Of a DNA stretch of 35,255 nt, positions 1 to 8,304 are shown piece by piece. Position 1 is the first letter of the stretch; every line of letters begins with the position of its first letter. Made by a program: the position numbers and the translations under genes. Under the pieces are notes generated by a model, which ran no database searches, was not told the DNA's origin, and saw only the letters and a list, made by a program, of their open reading frames with translations. The DNA is from a virus (Duplodnaviria > Heunggongvirae > Uroviricota > Caudoviricetes): the IMG/VR virus record IMGVR_UViG_2913147268_000009; one strand, written 5' to 3'.

Positions 1-1143
1 CTATGCTGTTTTGATATCTACGATAATCCAGTCTTTACCACGATCATCATTGTATCGGTCGGTCATTTTTCTGGATTTATGGCCTAACAACTTTTGCGTA
101 TCCAGACCCTGTTCCCGATATAACCGTTCTGACAGAGATCGCTGCTCATGAAATGTGGGCGCAGTTCCTTGCTCCCATTTTATGCCACATTTTTCCCGGG
201 CCTTTTTAAAAGCCGTTGTCAGAGTATTTGCAGAAACCTGGTCTCCTCTGTTTGCTTGAGAGGTAGTGTGACGGTAATGGACCAGATATTTACTAACAAC
301 AGCATCCCTGCACTGAGATATAACTTCACGAAGGGTAATATTCAGAGCATCGCATTTCAGGTTAAGCGGAATAGCAAGTTTTGAACCGGTTTTTTCCTGA
401 GTAATGTGCAACATGTCGTCCCATATATCAGAGAATTTCAAATTGCAGATATCGCCTAAACGTTGTCCAGTAACAAGAGCAAGTAGCATGCCGCATTTTA
501 AATAGGGCTGCCGTCTGCTTACGCTGTCAAATATTGCCTGCCATTCGGGCAGTGACAATCTTTGGCGGTTTACTCGATTTCGCGGTTGTTTTGTTGCCTG
601 CGCTGGGTTAAATCCTGGCGGAACATGTCCTGCGTGTTGTGCTTCTTTGAAGACGTCGATCAACACCATTCTCACGACTTGCGCCATCCTGTTATGACCT
701 TCAGCCTTTACAGCATCAATTATTTCGGCAATATCAAGTGCGGTAATATCCTTGAGGTGTTGCATTCCACAATGCTCACGGAAAAGACGAATGGGTTTGC
801 CTTTTTGCCGATAGGAGTTGGGTCTTAGTTCATTATGTTGCAGCCTGTCCTCTTGGATAGAAATATATTTATCAAGCCATTCTGTCACCGTAATGTCTGA
901 GCGCCTGCCTTTCATTCTTTCCAGACGCTCATTGACGCTTAATATTTGTCTGGTACGTTGTTCAGCAATAATGGTATTTGCTTCAGTAGCAACTTGTTTT
1001 GCTTCATTCTCATCAGTTCCTAAGCTATGAAAACGACCGGATAGTGGATGTTTGTATTGCCAATATACCTTTCCGGTTCGCTTATCTAATTTGCAATATA
1101 AATTGGGTATAGAGATTTTGTGAGATCGGGGTCTAGCAGCCAT
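1..1143 (-). CDS. int: Lambda-family tyrosine integrase
   Basis: 380-aa ORF, stop codon at 1-3 (rc TAG), ATG at 1143-1141. Translation resembles recalled lambda Int along its length, including C-terminal catalytic motifs (HELRSLSARLY, LLGHKS). Followed by xis. Confidence 0.93.
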   Translation of the reverse strand: MAARPRSHKISIPNLYCKLDKRTGKVYWQYKHPLSGRFHSLGTDENEAKQVATEANTIIAEQRTRQILSVNERLERMKGRRSDITVTEWLDKYISIQEDRLQHNELRPNSYRQKGKPIRLFREHCGMQHLKDITALDIAEIIDAVKAEGHNRMAQVVRMVLIDVFKEAQHAGHVPPGFNPAQATKQPRNRVNRQRLSLPEWQAIFDSVSRRQPYLKCGMLLALVTGQRLGDICNLKFSDIWDDMLHITQEKTGSKLAIPLNLKCDALNITLREVISQCRDAVVSKYLVHYRHTTSQANRGDQVSANTLTTAFKKAREKCGIKWEQGTAPTFHEQRSLSERLYREQGLDTQKLLGHKSRKMTDRYNDDRGKDWIIVDIKTA

Positions 1144-1369
1144 CAGCGATTATCCTTTGGAGTTTTGGGTTTGCGTTTATTGGGAGTTGCGGTTCTGCAA
1201 GCGTTCCTACAAAACGGGAATTTCGGTCAATCATCCAGTAGCGACCAACTTTTATAGCGGGTGGGGCCATCATTTTCCCTTGCGCGTATTTTTTCAGAAC
1301 TCGCTCACTTGGTGCTAAGTCCCCAAATTCTTCTTTAGCCCAGTCCTGTAAAGTGATTAGTCGAGACAT
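1133..1369 (-). CDS. xis: Excisionase
   Basis: 78-aa ORF overlapping the int start by 11 nt; strong RBS (GAGGAGG) just upstream of the ATG at 1369. Size and position match lambda Xis. Confidence 0.75.
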   Translation of the reverse strand: MSRLITLQDWAKEEFGDLAPSERVLKKYAQGKMMAPPAIKVGRYWMIDRNSRFVGTLAEPQLPINANPKLQRIIADGC

Positions 1370-1508
1370 TTGTCCTCCTCTTAGCTGCTGAGGGAGTTTG
1401 TGACCGATATATCTGACATGATATTAAGCTCATGGCAGGTACATCTCTTGACTGGTCATAGAGATAAATTTAATGCTGAGAAATGCAGTATTGAATTTAT
1501 CAATTTTT

Positions 1509-1748
1509 CTATTTCCTGCGCATGTCACGTAACTTCTTAATGTGTTCTGCCGTTTCGATCTCTTCTGCTATCCGATCTGCATCAGCTTTATTCACAGGTT
1601 CAAAGTCATGATTAAAGCGGAACATGCTGGCGATACATGTTCTGCCTTTTCGGATGTAGTGAACTTTGTTGTGGGTAGAACGCAGGATTTTGCAGGGAGT
1701 GCCGTGGTGGTCGACGTACCAGGTGTTAGGGTCAATCACTCTGAACAT
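1509..1748 (-). CDS. Hypothetical early-left protein (79 aa)
   Basis: ORF with ATG at 1748, co-directional with the int-xis operon, overlapping the upstream gene end by 17 nt. No recognised domain. Confidence 0.35.
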   Translation of the reverse strand: MFRVIDPNTWYVDHHGTPCKILRSTHNKVHYIRKGRTCIASMFRFNHDFEPVNKADADRIAEEIETAEHIKKLRDMRRK

Positions 1749-2058
1749 TCTTGACCTTGTGTTGTGCGGATTGATATTCAGTGCTGATATTCACCTTTAT
1801 AGCGAACACCTTTACCGGTTTATCGCCAAAGTGCGGATGTGTGATTGTCTTCACTTCATATCCGTCATACGGAACATCAATTCTGCGACTGGAATCGTCG
1901 CGCTTCGGATATCCCTTTGTGATAATCAGGCGGTCATATTCCCGGAACATAATTCGCTTATTCCAGTAGTCATTACACAAGCGATACTCTTCCGTTTTCT
2001 CTCCGCGAATCATGGCATCGAAGTATTCACTTTTAACAGCAAGTTGCAGGTTAGCCAT
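1732..2058 (-). CDS. ASCH/DUF3850-like domain protein
   Basis: N-terminal motif KSEYFDAMIRGEKTEEYR resembles ASCH-fold (PUA-like) proteins. ATG at 2058-2056 overlaps the stop of the upstream TraR-like gene (ATGA coupling). The ORF track starts 3 nt earlier at a GTG. Confidence 0.4.
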   Translation of the reverse strand: MANLQLAVKSEYFDAMIRGEKTEEYRLCNDYWNKRIMFREYDRLIITKGYPKRDDSSRRIDVPYDGYEVKTITHPHFGDKPVKVFAIKVNISTEYQSAQHKVKNVQSD

Positions 2059-2279
2059 CACTTAATCCCCCTTTGTTTGCGGATAAGCTCCAGATCTTGC
2101 TGGCAACTGGCGCAAGTCCGACAACCCTGAACGGCCAGGCGTCTTCGTTCATCTATCGGATCGCCACACTCACAACAATGAGTGGCAGATACAGCCAGGT
2201 AGTTCAGGCGGCGCATTTTTATTGCTGTGTTGCGCTGTAATTCTTCTATTTCTGATGCTGAATCAATGATGTCTGCCAT
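2058..2279 (-). CDS. TraR/DksA-family C4 zinc-finger protein
   Basis: 73 aa with paired CxxC motifs (CCECGDPIDE ... CRTCASC), typical of the phage TraR-like family. Confidence 0.7.
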   Translation of the reverse strand: MADIIDSASEIEELQRNTAIKMRRLNYLAVSATHCCECGDPIDERRRLAVQGCRTCASCQQDLELIRKQRGIK

Positions 2280-2377
2280 CTTTCATTAATCCCTGAACTG
2301 TTGGTTAATACGCTTGAGGGTGAATGCGAACAATAAAAAAGGAGCCTGTAGCTCCCTGATAATTTTGCTTTTCATGT

Positions 2378-2659
2378 TCATCGTTCCTTAAAGACGCCGT
2401 TTAACATGCCGATTGCCAGGCTTAAATGAGTCGGTGTGAATCCCTTCAGCGTTACCGTTTCGCGGTGCTTCTTCAGTACGCTACGGCAAATGTCATTGAC
2501 GTTTTTATCCGGAAACTGCTGTCTGACTTTTTTGATTTCAGAATTAGCCTGACGGGCAATGCTGCGAAGGGCATTTTCTTGCTGAGGTGTCACTGAACAA
2601 GCCCCATGTCGGCAAGCATAAGCACACAGAATATGAAGCCCGCTGCCAGAAAAATGCAT
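2378..2659 (-). CDS. Hypothetical protein (93 aa)
   Basis: ORF with ATG at 2659 in the xis-exo accessory region; no recognised domain. Confidence 0.35.
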   Translation of the reverse strand: MHFSGSGLHILCAYACRHGACSVTPQQENALRSIARQANSEIKKVRQQFPDKNVNDICRSVLKKHRETVTLKGFTPTHLSLAIGMLNGVFKER

Positions 2660-2669
2660 TCAGTGGTTG

Positions 2670-2861
2670 TCATACCTGGTCTCTCTCATCTGCTTCTGCT
2701 TTCGCCACCATCATTTCCAGCTTTTGTGAAAGGGATGTGGCTAACGTATGAAATTCTTCGTCTGTTTCTGCTGGTATTGGCACAAACCTGACTCCAATTT
2801 GAGCAAGGCTATGTGCCAAATCAATACTCGTTCTTAACTCAACAGGAGATGCTTTGTGCAT
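2670..2861 (-). CDS. Small protein resembling lambda orf63
   Basis: 63-aa ORF ([26 protein letters not shown]...) recalled as the lambda orf63 product, in the same position just upstream of exo. Confidence 0.45.
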   Translation of the reverse strand: MHKASPVELRTSIDLAHSLAQIGVRFVPIPAETDEEFHTLATSLSQKLEMMVAKAEADERDQV

Positions 2862-3022
2862 ACCGCCCCCCGTTTATTATTTATCTCCTCAGCCAGCCGC
2901 TGGGCTTTCAGCGGATTTCGGATAACAGAAAGACCGTGAAATACCCAGCCTCGCTTTGTAACGGAGTAGACGAAAGTGATCGCGCCTACCCGGATATTAT
3001 CGTGAGGATGGGTCATCGCCAT
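2834..3022 (-). CDS. Small protein (lambda orf60a position)
   Basis: 62-aa ORF immediately upstream of exo, overlapping the neighbouring small ORF; positional call only. Confidence 0.3.
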   Translation of the reverse strand: MAMTHPHDNIRVGAITFVYSVTKRGWVFHGLSVIRNPLKAQRLAEEINNKRGAVCTKHLLLS

Positions 3023-3693
3023 TGCTCTCCAAATACAAAACCAATTTCAGCCAGTGCTTCGTCCATTTTTTCGATGAACTCCGGCACCATCTCGTCAAAA
3101 CTCGCCATGTACTTTTCATCCCGCTCAACCACGACATAATGCAGGCCTTCACGCTTCATTCGTGGGTCATAGTTGGCAAAGTACCAGGCATCTTTTCGTG
3201 TCACCCACATGCTGTACTGCACCTGGGCCATGTAAGCCGACTTTATGGCCTCGAAACCACCGAGCCGGAACTTCATGAAATCCCGGGAGGTAAACGGGCA
3301 TTTCAGCTCAAGGCCATTGCCGTCACTGCATAAACCATCGGGAGAGCAGGCGGTGCGCATACTTTCGTCGCGATAGATGATCGGGGATTCAGTAACATTC
3401 ACGCCGGAAGTGAATTCAAACAGGGTTCTGGCGTCGTTCTCGTACTGTTTTCCCCACGCCAGCGCCTTAGCATTAACTTCCGGAGCCACACCGGTGCAAA
3501 CCTCAGCCAGCAGGGTGTGGAAGTAGGACATTTTCATGTCAGGCCACTTCTTTCCTGAGCGGGGCTTTGCTATCACGTTGTGAACTTCTGAAGCGGTGAT
3601 GACGCCGAGCCGTAATTTGTGCCATGCATCATCCCCCTGTTCGACAGCTCTCACGTCGATCCCGGTACGCTGCAGGATAATGTCCGGTGTCAT
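3013..3693 (-). CDS. exo: Lambda exonuclease (Red-alpha)
   Basis: 226-aa translation ([40 protein letters not shown]...GFVFGEQWR) is near-identical to recalled lambda Exo; start overlaps the bet stop. Confidence 0.97.
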   Translation of the reverse strand: MTPDIILQRTGIDVRAVEQGDDAWHKLRLGVITASEVHNVIAKPRSGKKWPDMKMSYFHTLLAEVCTGVAPEVNAKALAWGKQYENDARTLFEFTSGVNVTESPIIYRDESMRTACSPDGLCSDGNGLELKCPFTSRDFMKFRLGGFEAIKSAYMAQVQYSMWVTRKDAWYFANYDPRMKREGLHYVVVERDEKYMASFDEMVPEFIEKMDEALAEIGFVFGEQWR

Positions 3694-4475
3694 GCTGCCA
3701 CCTTCTGCTCAGTGGCTTTCTGTTTCAGGAATCCAAGAGCTTTCACTGCTTCGGCCTGTGTCAGTTCTGACGATGCGCGAATGTCGCGGCGAAATATCTG
3801 GGAACAGAGCGGCAATAAGTCGTCATCCCATGTTTTGTCCAGGGCAATCAGCAGAGTGTTAATCTCCTGCATGGTTTCATCGTTAACCGGAGTGATGTCG
3901 CGTTCCGGCTGACGTTCCGCAGTGTATGCAGTATTTTCGACAATGCGCTCGGCTTCATCCTTGTCATAGATACCAGCAAATCCGAAGGCCAGACGGGCAC
4001 ACTGAATCATGGCTTTATGCCGTAACATCCGTTTGGGATGCGACTGCCACGGCCCCGTGATTTCTCTGCCTTCGCGAGTTTTGAATGGTTCGCGGCGGCA
4101 TTCATCCATCCATTCGGTAACGCAGATCGGATGATTGCGGTCTTTGCGGTAAATCCGGCACGTACATGATTCATTGTCCTGCTCAAAGTCCATGCCATCA
4201 AACTGCTGGTTTTCATTGATGATGCGGGACCAGCCATCAACGCCCACCACCGGAACGATGCCGTTCTGCTTATCAGGGAAGGCGTAAATTTCTTTCGTCC
4301 ACGGATTAAGGCCGTACTGGTTGGCGACGATCAGCAATGCGATGAACTGCGCATCGCTGGCATCACCTTTAAATGCCGTCTGACGAAGAGTGGTGATCAG
4401 TTCCTGTGGGTCGACAGAATCCATGCCGACACGTTCAGCCAGCTTCCCAGCCAGCGTTGCGAGTGCTGTACTCAT
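3690..4475 (-). CDS. bet: Red-beta single-strand annealing protein
   Basis: 261-aa translation ([59 protein letters not shown]...) matches recalled lambda Bet. Confidence 0.97.
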   Translation of the reverse strand: MSTALATLAGKLAERVGMDSVDPQELITTLRQTAFKGDASDAQFIALLIVANQYGLNPWTKEIYAFPDKQNGIVPVVGVDGWSRIINENQQFDGMDFEQDNESCTCRIYRKDRNHPICVTEWMDECRREPFKTREGREITGPWQSHPKRMLRHKAMIQCARLAFGFAGIYDKDEAERIVENTAYTAERQPERDITPVNDETMQEINTLLIALDKTWDDDLLPLCSQIFRRDIRASSELTQAEAVKALGFLKQKATEQKVAA

Positions 4476-4480
4476 CCGTT

Positions 4481-4777
4481 TTATACCTCTGAATCAATAT
4501 CAACATGGTGGTGAGCAATGGTTTCAACCATGTACCGGATGTGTTCTGCCATGCGCTCCTGAAACTCAACATCGTCATCAAACGCACGGGTAATGGCTTT
4601 TTTGCTGGCCCCGCAGCGTTGCAAATGATCGATGCAGAGTGATTCAAACAGGTGCTGTGGAAGACCTTTTTCCATGTCGTCTGCCAGTTCTGCCTCTTTC
4701 TCTTCACGGGCGATCTGCTGGTAGTGACGCGCCCAGCTTTGAGCCTCAAGACGATCCTGAATGTAATAAGCGTTCAT
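4481..4777 (-). CDS. gam: Gam, RecBCD inhibitor (short GamS-length form)
   Basis: 98 aa ([54 protein letters not shown]...) matches lambda Gam from its internal start. The upstream in-frame region encodes FRSSAM but has no ATG before a stop, so only the short form is encoded. RBS AGGAG lies upstream. Confidence 0.93.
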   Translation of the reverse strand: MNAYYIQDRLEAQSWARHYQQIAREEKEAELADDMEKGLPQHLFESLCIDHLQRCGASKKAITRAFDDDVEFQERMAEHIRYMVETIAHHHVDIDSEV

Positions 4778-4852
4778 GGCTGAACTCCTGAAAATGGCTG
4801 TGAAAATATCGCCTGCGAAATGCCGGGCTGATTAGGTAAACAGGAAAGGGGA

Positions 4853-5143
4853 TTAGTGATTCAGGCCGTTGCCGCGTCCGTCGAGAAAAACTTCCACGAG
4901 CAAATCACGGGTATAAGTGCGCTCGATGCCGCGATGCAGATAAAGCCGTCCGCGTAAATTAGCTGATGCAGTCCAGGTACCATCTTTGTGTTTGACCAGC
5001 ATTCCTGGCATGACCGCACCGCGATTAACGGTCTGCGTTCCGTAATGTTGATGAACCATAAAAACTCCTGCCCGTAAGCTGGGCTGCTGAACATATAGAG
5101 ACTTCTGCGCGTATTCAGGCGGTGGATGGCCGCCGGTTGTCAT
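4853..5143 (-). CDS. Hypothetical protein (96 aa), first ORF of the leftward pL operon
   Basis: ORF between the predicted pL/OL and gam; not arginine-rich at the N-terminus, so not N-like; no recognised domain. Confidence 0.35.
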   Translation of the reverse strand: MTTGGHPPPEYAQKSLYVQQPSLRAGVFMVHQHYGTQTVNRGAVMPGMLVKHKDGTWTASANLRGRLYLHRGIERTYTRDLLVEVFLDGRGNGLNH

Positions 5144-5336
5144 AACTAAGCCGCCTCGTTGAAGCGACTAAGGTATGAAATGTTGAGTTAATTTCAGCTG
5201 GTCACACCGACGTTCACGCGTCCGTTTCACCCCTCGCACTCCCCGAAGCCTGCTGAAATTCAAACTGCGGATCTAAGCGGTCATCGCAACGGTGAATCAG
5301 GTAGTTGCCGTATCGTTGTGTTGTTGCGATGAACTT

Positions 5337-5396
5337 ATTTAAAACTATAGTTGTTTTATCGTCAACAACAAAAGTTGTTTTATTGGTTGTTTTAGA
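5337..5396 (-). promoter_or_regulatory. pL promoter with OL operator cluster
   Basis: On the minus strand: TTGACG, 17-nt spacer, TTAATA. Three operator-like sites with AACAAC/GTTGTT half-sites (for example AAAACAACTATAGTTTT) at about 24-bp spacing. Confidence 0.5.
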
Positions 5397-5501
5397 TATA
5401 ACTGGTTGTATTTAGGATGGATTTATTTTGTGACTTGAATCGCATAGCGATAACTGAAGCGAGGTTATGGTGGTTTTTTTAACGGTGTGTGTGATGAGGG
5501 G

Positions 5502-5531
5502 AGGGCAAAAGAAAACCCGGCACGGTGACCG
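5502..5531 (-). terminator. Candidate intrinsic terminator downstream of cI
   Basis: Minus-strand hairpin CCCGGTCACCGTGCCGGG followed by TTTTCTTTT, about 125 nt after the cI stop. Confidence 0.3.
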
Positions 5532-5654
5532 GGATTCTTACGCCGTTAGGTAAAGATATTATTGCGGTGGCTTAATATTACTACCTAGAGCAAAGATAGG
5601 AATTAGTTCTTTACTGAATGAGCACAATGCCCAGTTGATAATTTTTAATTGGTA

Positions 5655-6344
5655 CTACCCATGCTTCCTATATGTCTGCGGCATGCTCCCAATAACCTTA
5701 CCGAAGATGAACACCCGGTTCATCTCGTCTTTCTCGATCGGGTCCCACGGTGAGTAGCTTTTGTTATCAGAGATGACCAGCAGCTTATCCTTCATCATTT
5801 GCAGGCGCTTTACATGGGCTGTGTCGTCGTACAGAAACGCATAGATACCATCACCGTCGAAAGATTTAACTGTGATATCAACGAACAGCAGATCACCTGG
5901 TTCGATCGTTCCTGACATGCTGTCACCACGCACGTTAATGATGCGGATATTTTCCGCCTTCCTACCATCGAACATGTGACGAGCATCGTCAAACGAGTAC
6001 TCAACCGAGCGTAGAACTTCTACAAACTCACGGTTGATGACTCCCGGCCCAGCACTGACTTCTATATCAAGAACGTCAATCTTGAAGTATTTGGAATGGC
6101 TGACAGTTGATTGTATTGGTTGCACTGTACTGTCTGACATATTTCCAACGCCAGAAGATAACCATTCTGCGCGCACACCCAAAGCGTTCGCGATCTCCAC
6201 GATTTTAGTTGTTTGATTAGCTTTCCCTGTTTCGATTTTCTGAATAGCAGCCTGGCTAACCCCGACCAAATCCCCAAGCGCCTTTTGTGTAAGGCCTCGC
6301 GCTAATCTGGCTTCTTTAAGTCTTTCTGAGAGTGTTGTTTTCAT
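5655..6344 (-). CDS. cI: cI-like prophage repressor (HTH_XRE plus S24 LexA-like peptidase domain)
   Basis: Helix-turn-helix (LTQKALGDLVGVSQAAIQKIETGK) and C-terminal S24 autocleavage features (NVRGDSMSGTIEPGDLLFVD ... KRL). Likely start is MKTTLSERLK at 6344, essentially leaderless relative to the predicted pRM; the ORF track extends to 6410. Confidence 0.85.
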   Translation of the reverse strand: MKTTLSERLKEARLARGLTQKALGDLVGVSQAAIQKIETGKANQTTKIVEIANALGVRAEWLSSGVGNMSDSTVQPIQSTVSHSKYFKIDVLDIEVSAGPGVINREFVEVLRSVEYSFDDARHMFDGRKAENIRIINVRGDSMSGTIEPGDLLFVDITVKSFDGDGIYAFLYDDTAHVKRLQMMKDKLLVISDNKSYSPWDPIEKDEMNRVFIFGKVIGSMPQTYRKHG

Positions 6345-6350
6345 AGTCCA

Positions 6351-6421
6351 AATGTACAACCAAGGTTTTATTCCATCAAACGAAAATGGTTGTTGACTAA
6401 AAACAACCATAGTTTTAATCT
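6351..6421. promoter_or_regulatory. OR operators with divergent pR/pRM
   Basis: Three sites sharing the AACAACC core (ACAACCAAGGTTTT, AAAATGGTTGTTGAC, AAAACAACCATAGTTTT). pR reads TTGACT (about 6393-6398), 17-nt spacer, TAATCT, then the RBS GGAGG and cro ATG at 6449. Confidence 0.5.
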
Positions 6422-6448
6422 TGATTCAAATTAACCACGGAGGTTGTT

Positions 6449-6679
6449 ATGAACCCAGCTATCAAAACAGCGATCAATATCGTTGGTTCACAAAAGAAAC
6501 TGGGCGCTGCTTGCGAAGTTTCACAGCAGGCCGTCTATAAGTGGCTTCACAACAAAGCAAAGGTATCCCCTGAACATGTCGGCAGCATTGTTACGGCTAC
6601 TGGTGGAGTAGTGAAGGCATACCAGATTCGCCCGGATCTTCCGAAGTTGTTTCCACACACCGAAAAGAACGCAGCTTAA
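6449..6679 (+). CDS. cro: Cro-like HTH regulator
   Basis: 76-aa ORF divergent from cI with RBS GGAGG; HTH-like segment (KLGAACEVSQQAVYKWL). Confidence 0.8.
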   Translation: MNPAIKTAINIVGSQKKLGAACEVSQQAVYKWLHNKAKVSPEHVGSIVTATGGVVKAYQIRPDLPKLFPHTEKNAA

Positions 6680-6692
6680 ATTTCCATTTCAC

Positions 6693-6704
6693 GCTCTTTA
6701 ACAA
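6693..6704 (+). promoter_or_regulatory. boxA-like antitermination motif (nutR position)
   Basis: GCTCTTTAACAA immediately downstream of cro, matching the recalled rrn/lambda boxA consensus; no convincing boxB hairpin follows. Confidence 0.4.
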
Positions 6705-6748
6705 TAAGCAATCAACTTAACAGTCAATTCAAACTAAAGGAGTCAATT

Positions 6749-7288
6749 ATGCAACCACTTACATACCAACAGACTAGCGGATTTAGCCCGACTGCGGTGA
6801 TAAATCGTTCTCAAACAAAACAGGTGCCAGGCCACGAAAAAATCCGTGATGCCGTCCGCGCCTGGTCGGCTGTAGATAATCAGGATGTCGTTGCCACACT
6901 CATTGTGAATGAGTATCTGGAGCAGGGCGGCGGCACCATCGATTTCCCTGATGATGTCAGCCGTGCACGCCAGAAGCTGTTCCGCTTCCTCGATAACAAA
7001 TTCGATTCTGAAAAATACCGAAATAACGTGCGTGAACTGACCCCGGCAATTCTGGCGGTACTACCGCTGGAATATCGCGGTTACCTGGTTGAGCAGGATA
7101 GCTTCATGGCTAGGTTGGCTGAAATGGAAAAGGAACTCAGTGAGGCAAAACAGGCTGTCATTCTCAACGCACCACGCCACCAGAAACTGAAGGAAATTAG
7201 TGAAGGTATTGTGTCGATGTTTCGTGTGGACCCAGATCTGGCTGGTCCATTGATGGCGATGGTTACTACCATGCTGGGGGCGATATGA
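6749..7288 (+). CDS. YdaT-like protein in the cII position
   Basis: 179-aa ORF with RBS AAGGAG between cro and O; the cro-like then YdaT-like order is typical of Rac-type immunity regions. Family assignment is from recall only. Confidence 0.4.
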   Translation: MQPLTYQQTSGFSPTAVINRSQTKQVPGHEKIRDAVRAWSAVDNQDVVATLIVNEYLEQGGGTIDFPDDVSRARQKLFRFLDNKFDSEKYRNNVRELTPAILAVLPLEYRGYLVEQDSFMARLAEMEKELSEAKQAVILNAPRHQKLKEISEGIVSMFRVDPDLAGPLMAMVTTMLGAI

Positions 7289-7374
7289 CAGGTTCAGAAA
7301 TGGCGAAAGCCGGTCTGCTGGAACAGAACCGACTTTCAGGTGCAAATCGTAACACACTCATTGCGGGAGGAATT

Positions 7375-8304
7375 ATGGCAAACACTGCTGAGATATTCAA
7401 TTTTCCAGTGCCGGATGCGGCACAAAAGGAGCCGCGCGTGGCAGATCTCGATGATGGTTATACGCGCATTGCAAATGAGTTGCTGGAAGCTGTGATGCTG
7501 GCCGGATTAACACAGCACCAGCTTCTGGTCTTTCTGGCTGTCATGCGCAAAACATATGGCTTTAATAAAAAACTGGATTGGGTTAGCAACGAGCAACTTT
7601 CCGAATTAACCGGGATATTGCCGCACAAGTGTTCTGCTGCAAAAAGTGTTCTGGTAAAGCGTGGGATTTTTATTCAGAGCGGGCGGAATACCGGCATTAA
7701 TAATGTGGTCAGTGAATGGTCAACATTACCCGAATCAGGTAAGAAAAATAAAGTTTACCTGAAAGAGGTAAATTTACCTGAATCAGGTAAAAAAAGTTTA
7801 CCCAAATCAGGTAAAGGCGTTTACCCGAATCAGGTAAACACAAAAGACAAACTAACAAAAGACAATATAAAACCTTTTTCGTCCGAGAATTCTGGCGAAT
7901 CCTCTGACCAACCAGAAAACGATCTTCCTGTGGTGAAACCGGATGCTGCAATTCAGAGCGGCAGCAAGTGGGGGACAGCAGAAGACCTGACCGCCGCAGA
8001 GTGGATGTTTGACATGGTGAAGACCATCGCGCCATCAGCCAGAAAACCGAATTTTGCAGGGTGGGCTAACGATATCCGCCTGATGCGTGAACGTGACGGA
8101 CGTAACCACCGCGACATGTGCGTGCTGTTCCGCTGGGCATGCCAGGACAACTTCTGGTCCGGTAACGTGCTAAGTCCGGCCAAACTCCGCGACAAGTGGA
8201 CCCAACTCGAAATCAACCGTAACAAGCAACAGGCAGGCGTGACAGCTAGCAAACCAAAACTCGACCTGACAAACACAGACTGGATTTACGGGGTGGATCT
8301 ATGA
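7375..8304 (+). CDS. O: Replication initiator O
   Basis: N-terminus (MANTAEIFNF ... VADLDDGYTRIANELLEA ... RKTYGFNK) aligns by eye with lambda O; strong RBS GGGAGG before the ATG at 7375 (the ORF track starts at 7285). Contains internal iterons. Confidence 0.85.
   Translation: MANTAEIFNFPVPDAAQKEPRVADLDDGYTRIANELLEAVMLAGLTQHQLLVFLAVMRKTYGFNKKLDWVSNEQLSELTGILPHKCSAAKSVLVKRGIFIQSGRNTGINNVVSEWSTLPESGKKNKVYLKEVNLPESGKKSLPKSGKGVYPNQVNTKDKLTKDNIKPFSSENSGESSDQPENDLPVVKPDAAIQSGSKWGTAEDLTAAEWMFDMVKTIAPSARKPNFAGWANDIRLMRERDGRNHRDMCVLFRWACQDNFWSGNVLSPAKLRDKWTQLEINRNKQQAGVTASKPKLDLTNTDWIYGVDL
7726..7875. repeat. Replication origin: palindromic iterons plus AT-rich segment inside O
   Basis: Four to five copies of the 17-bp palindrome TTACC(C/T)(G/A)AATCAGGTAA at about 7726, 7774, 7798 and 7821 (a degenerate copy near 7756), with 23-24 bp spacing, followed by an A-rich stretch (7841-7875). 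Confidence 0.7.

Noticed and set aside
1666-2130. 154-aa plus-strand ORF
   Set aside because: Antisense to three consecutive minus-strand early-left genes with good coupling signals; the wrong direction for the pL/int operon.
4435-4749. 104-aa minus-strand ORF overlapping gam
   Set aside because: Alternative frame across the bet-gam junction; the lambda-like Gam reading frame accounts for the region.
7726-7837. CRISPR array
   Set aside because: The regularly spaced repeats are palindromic iterons within the O coding sequence with about 7-bp spacers, not 25-40-bp unique spacers, and no cas genes are nearby.
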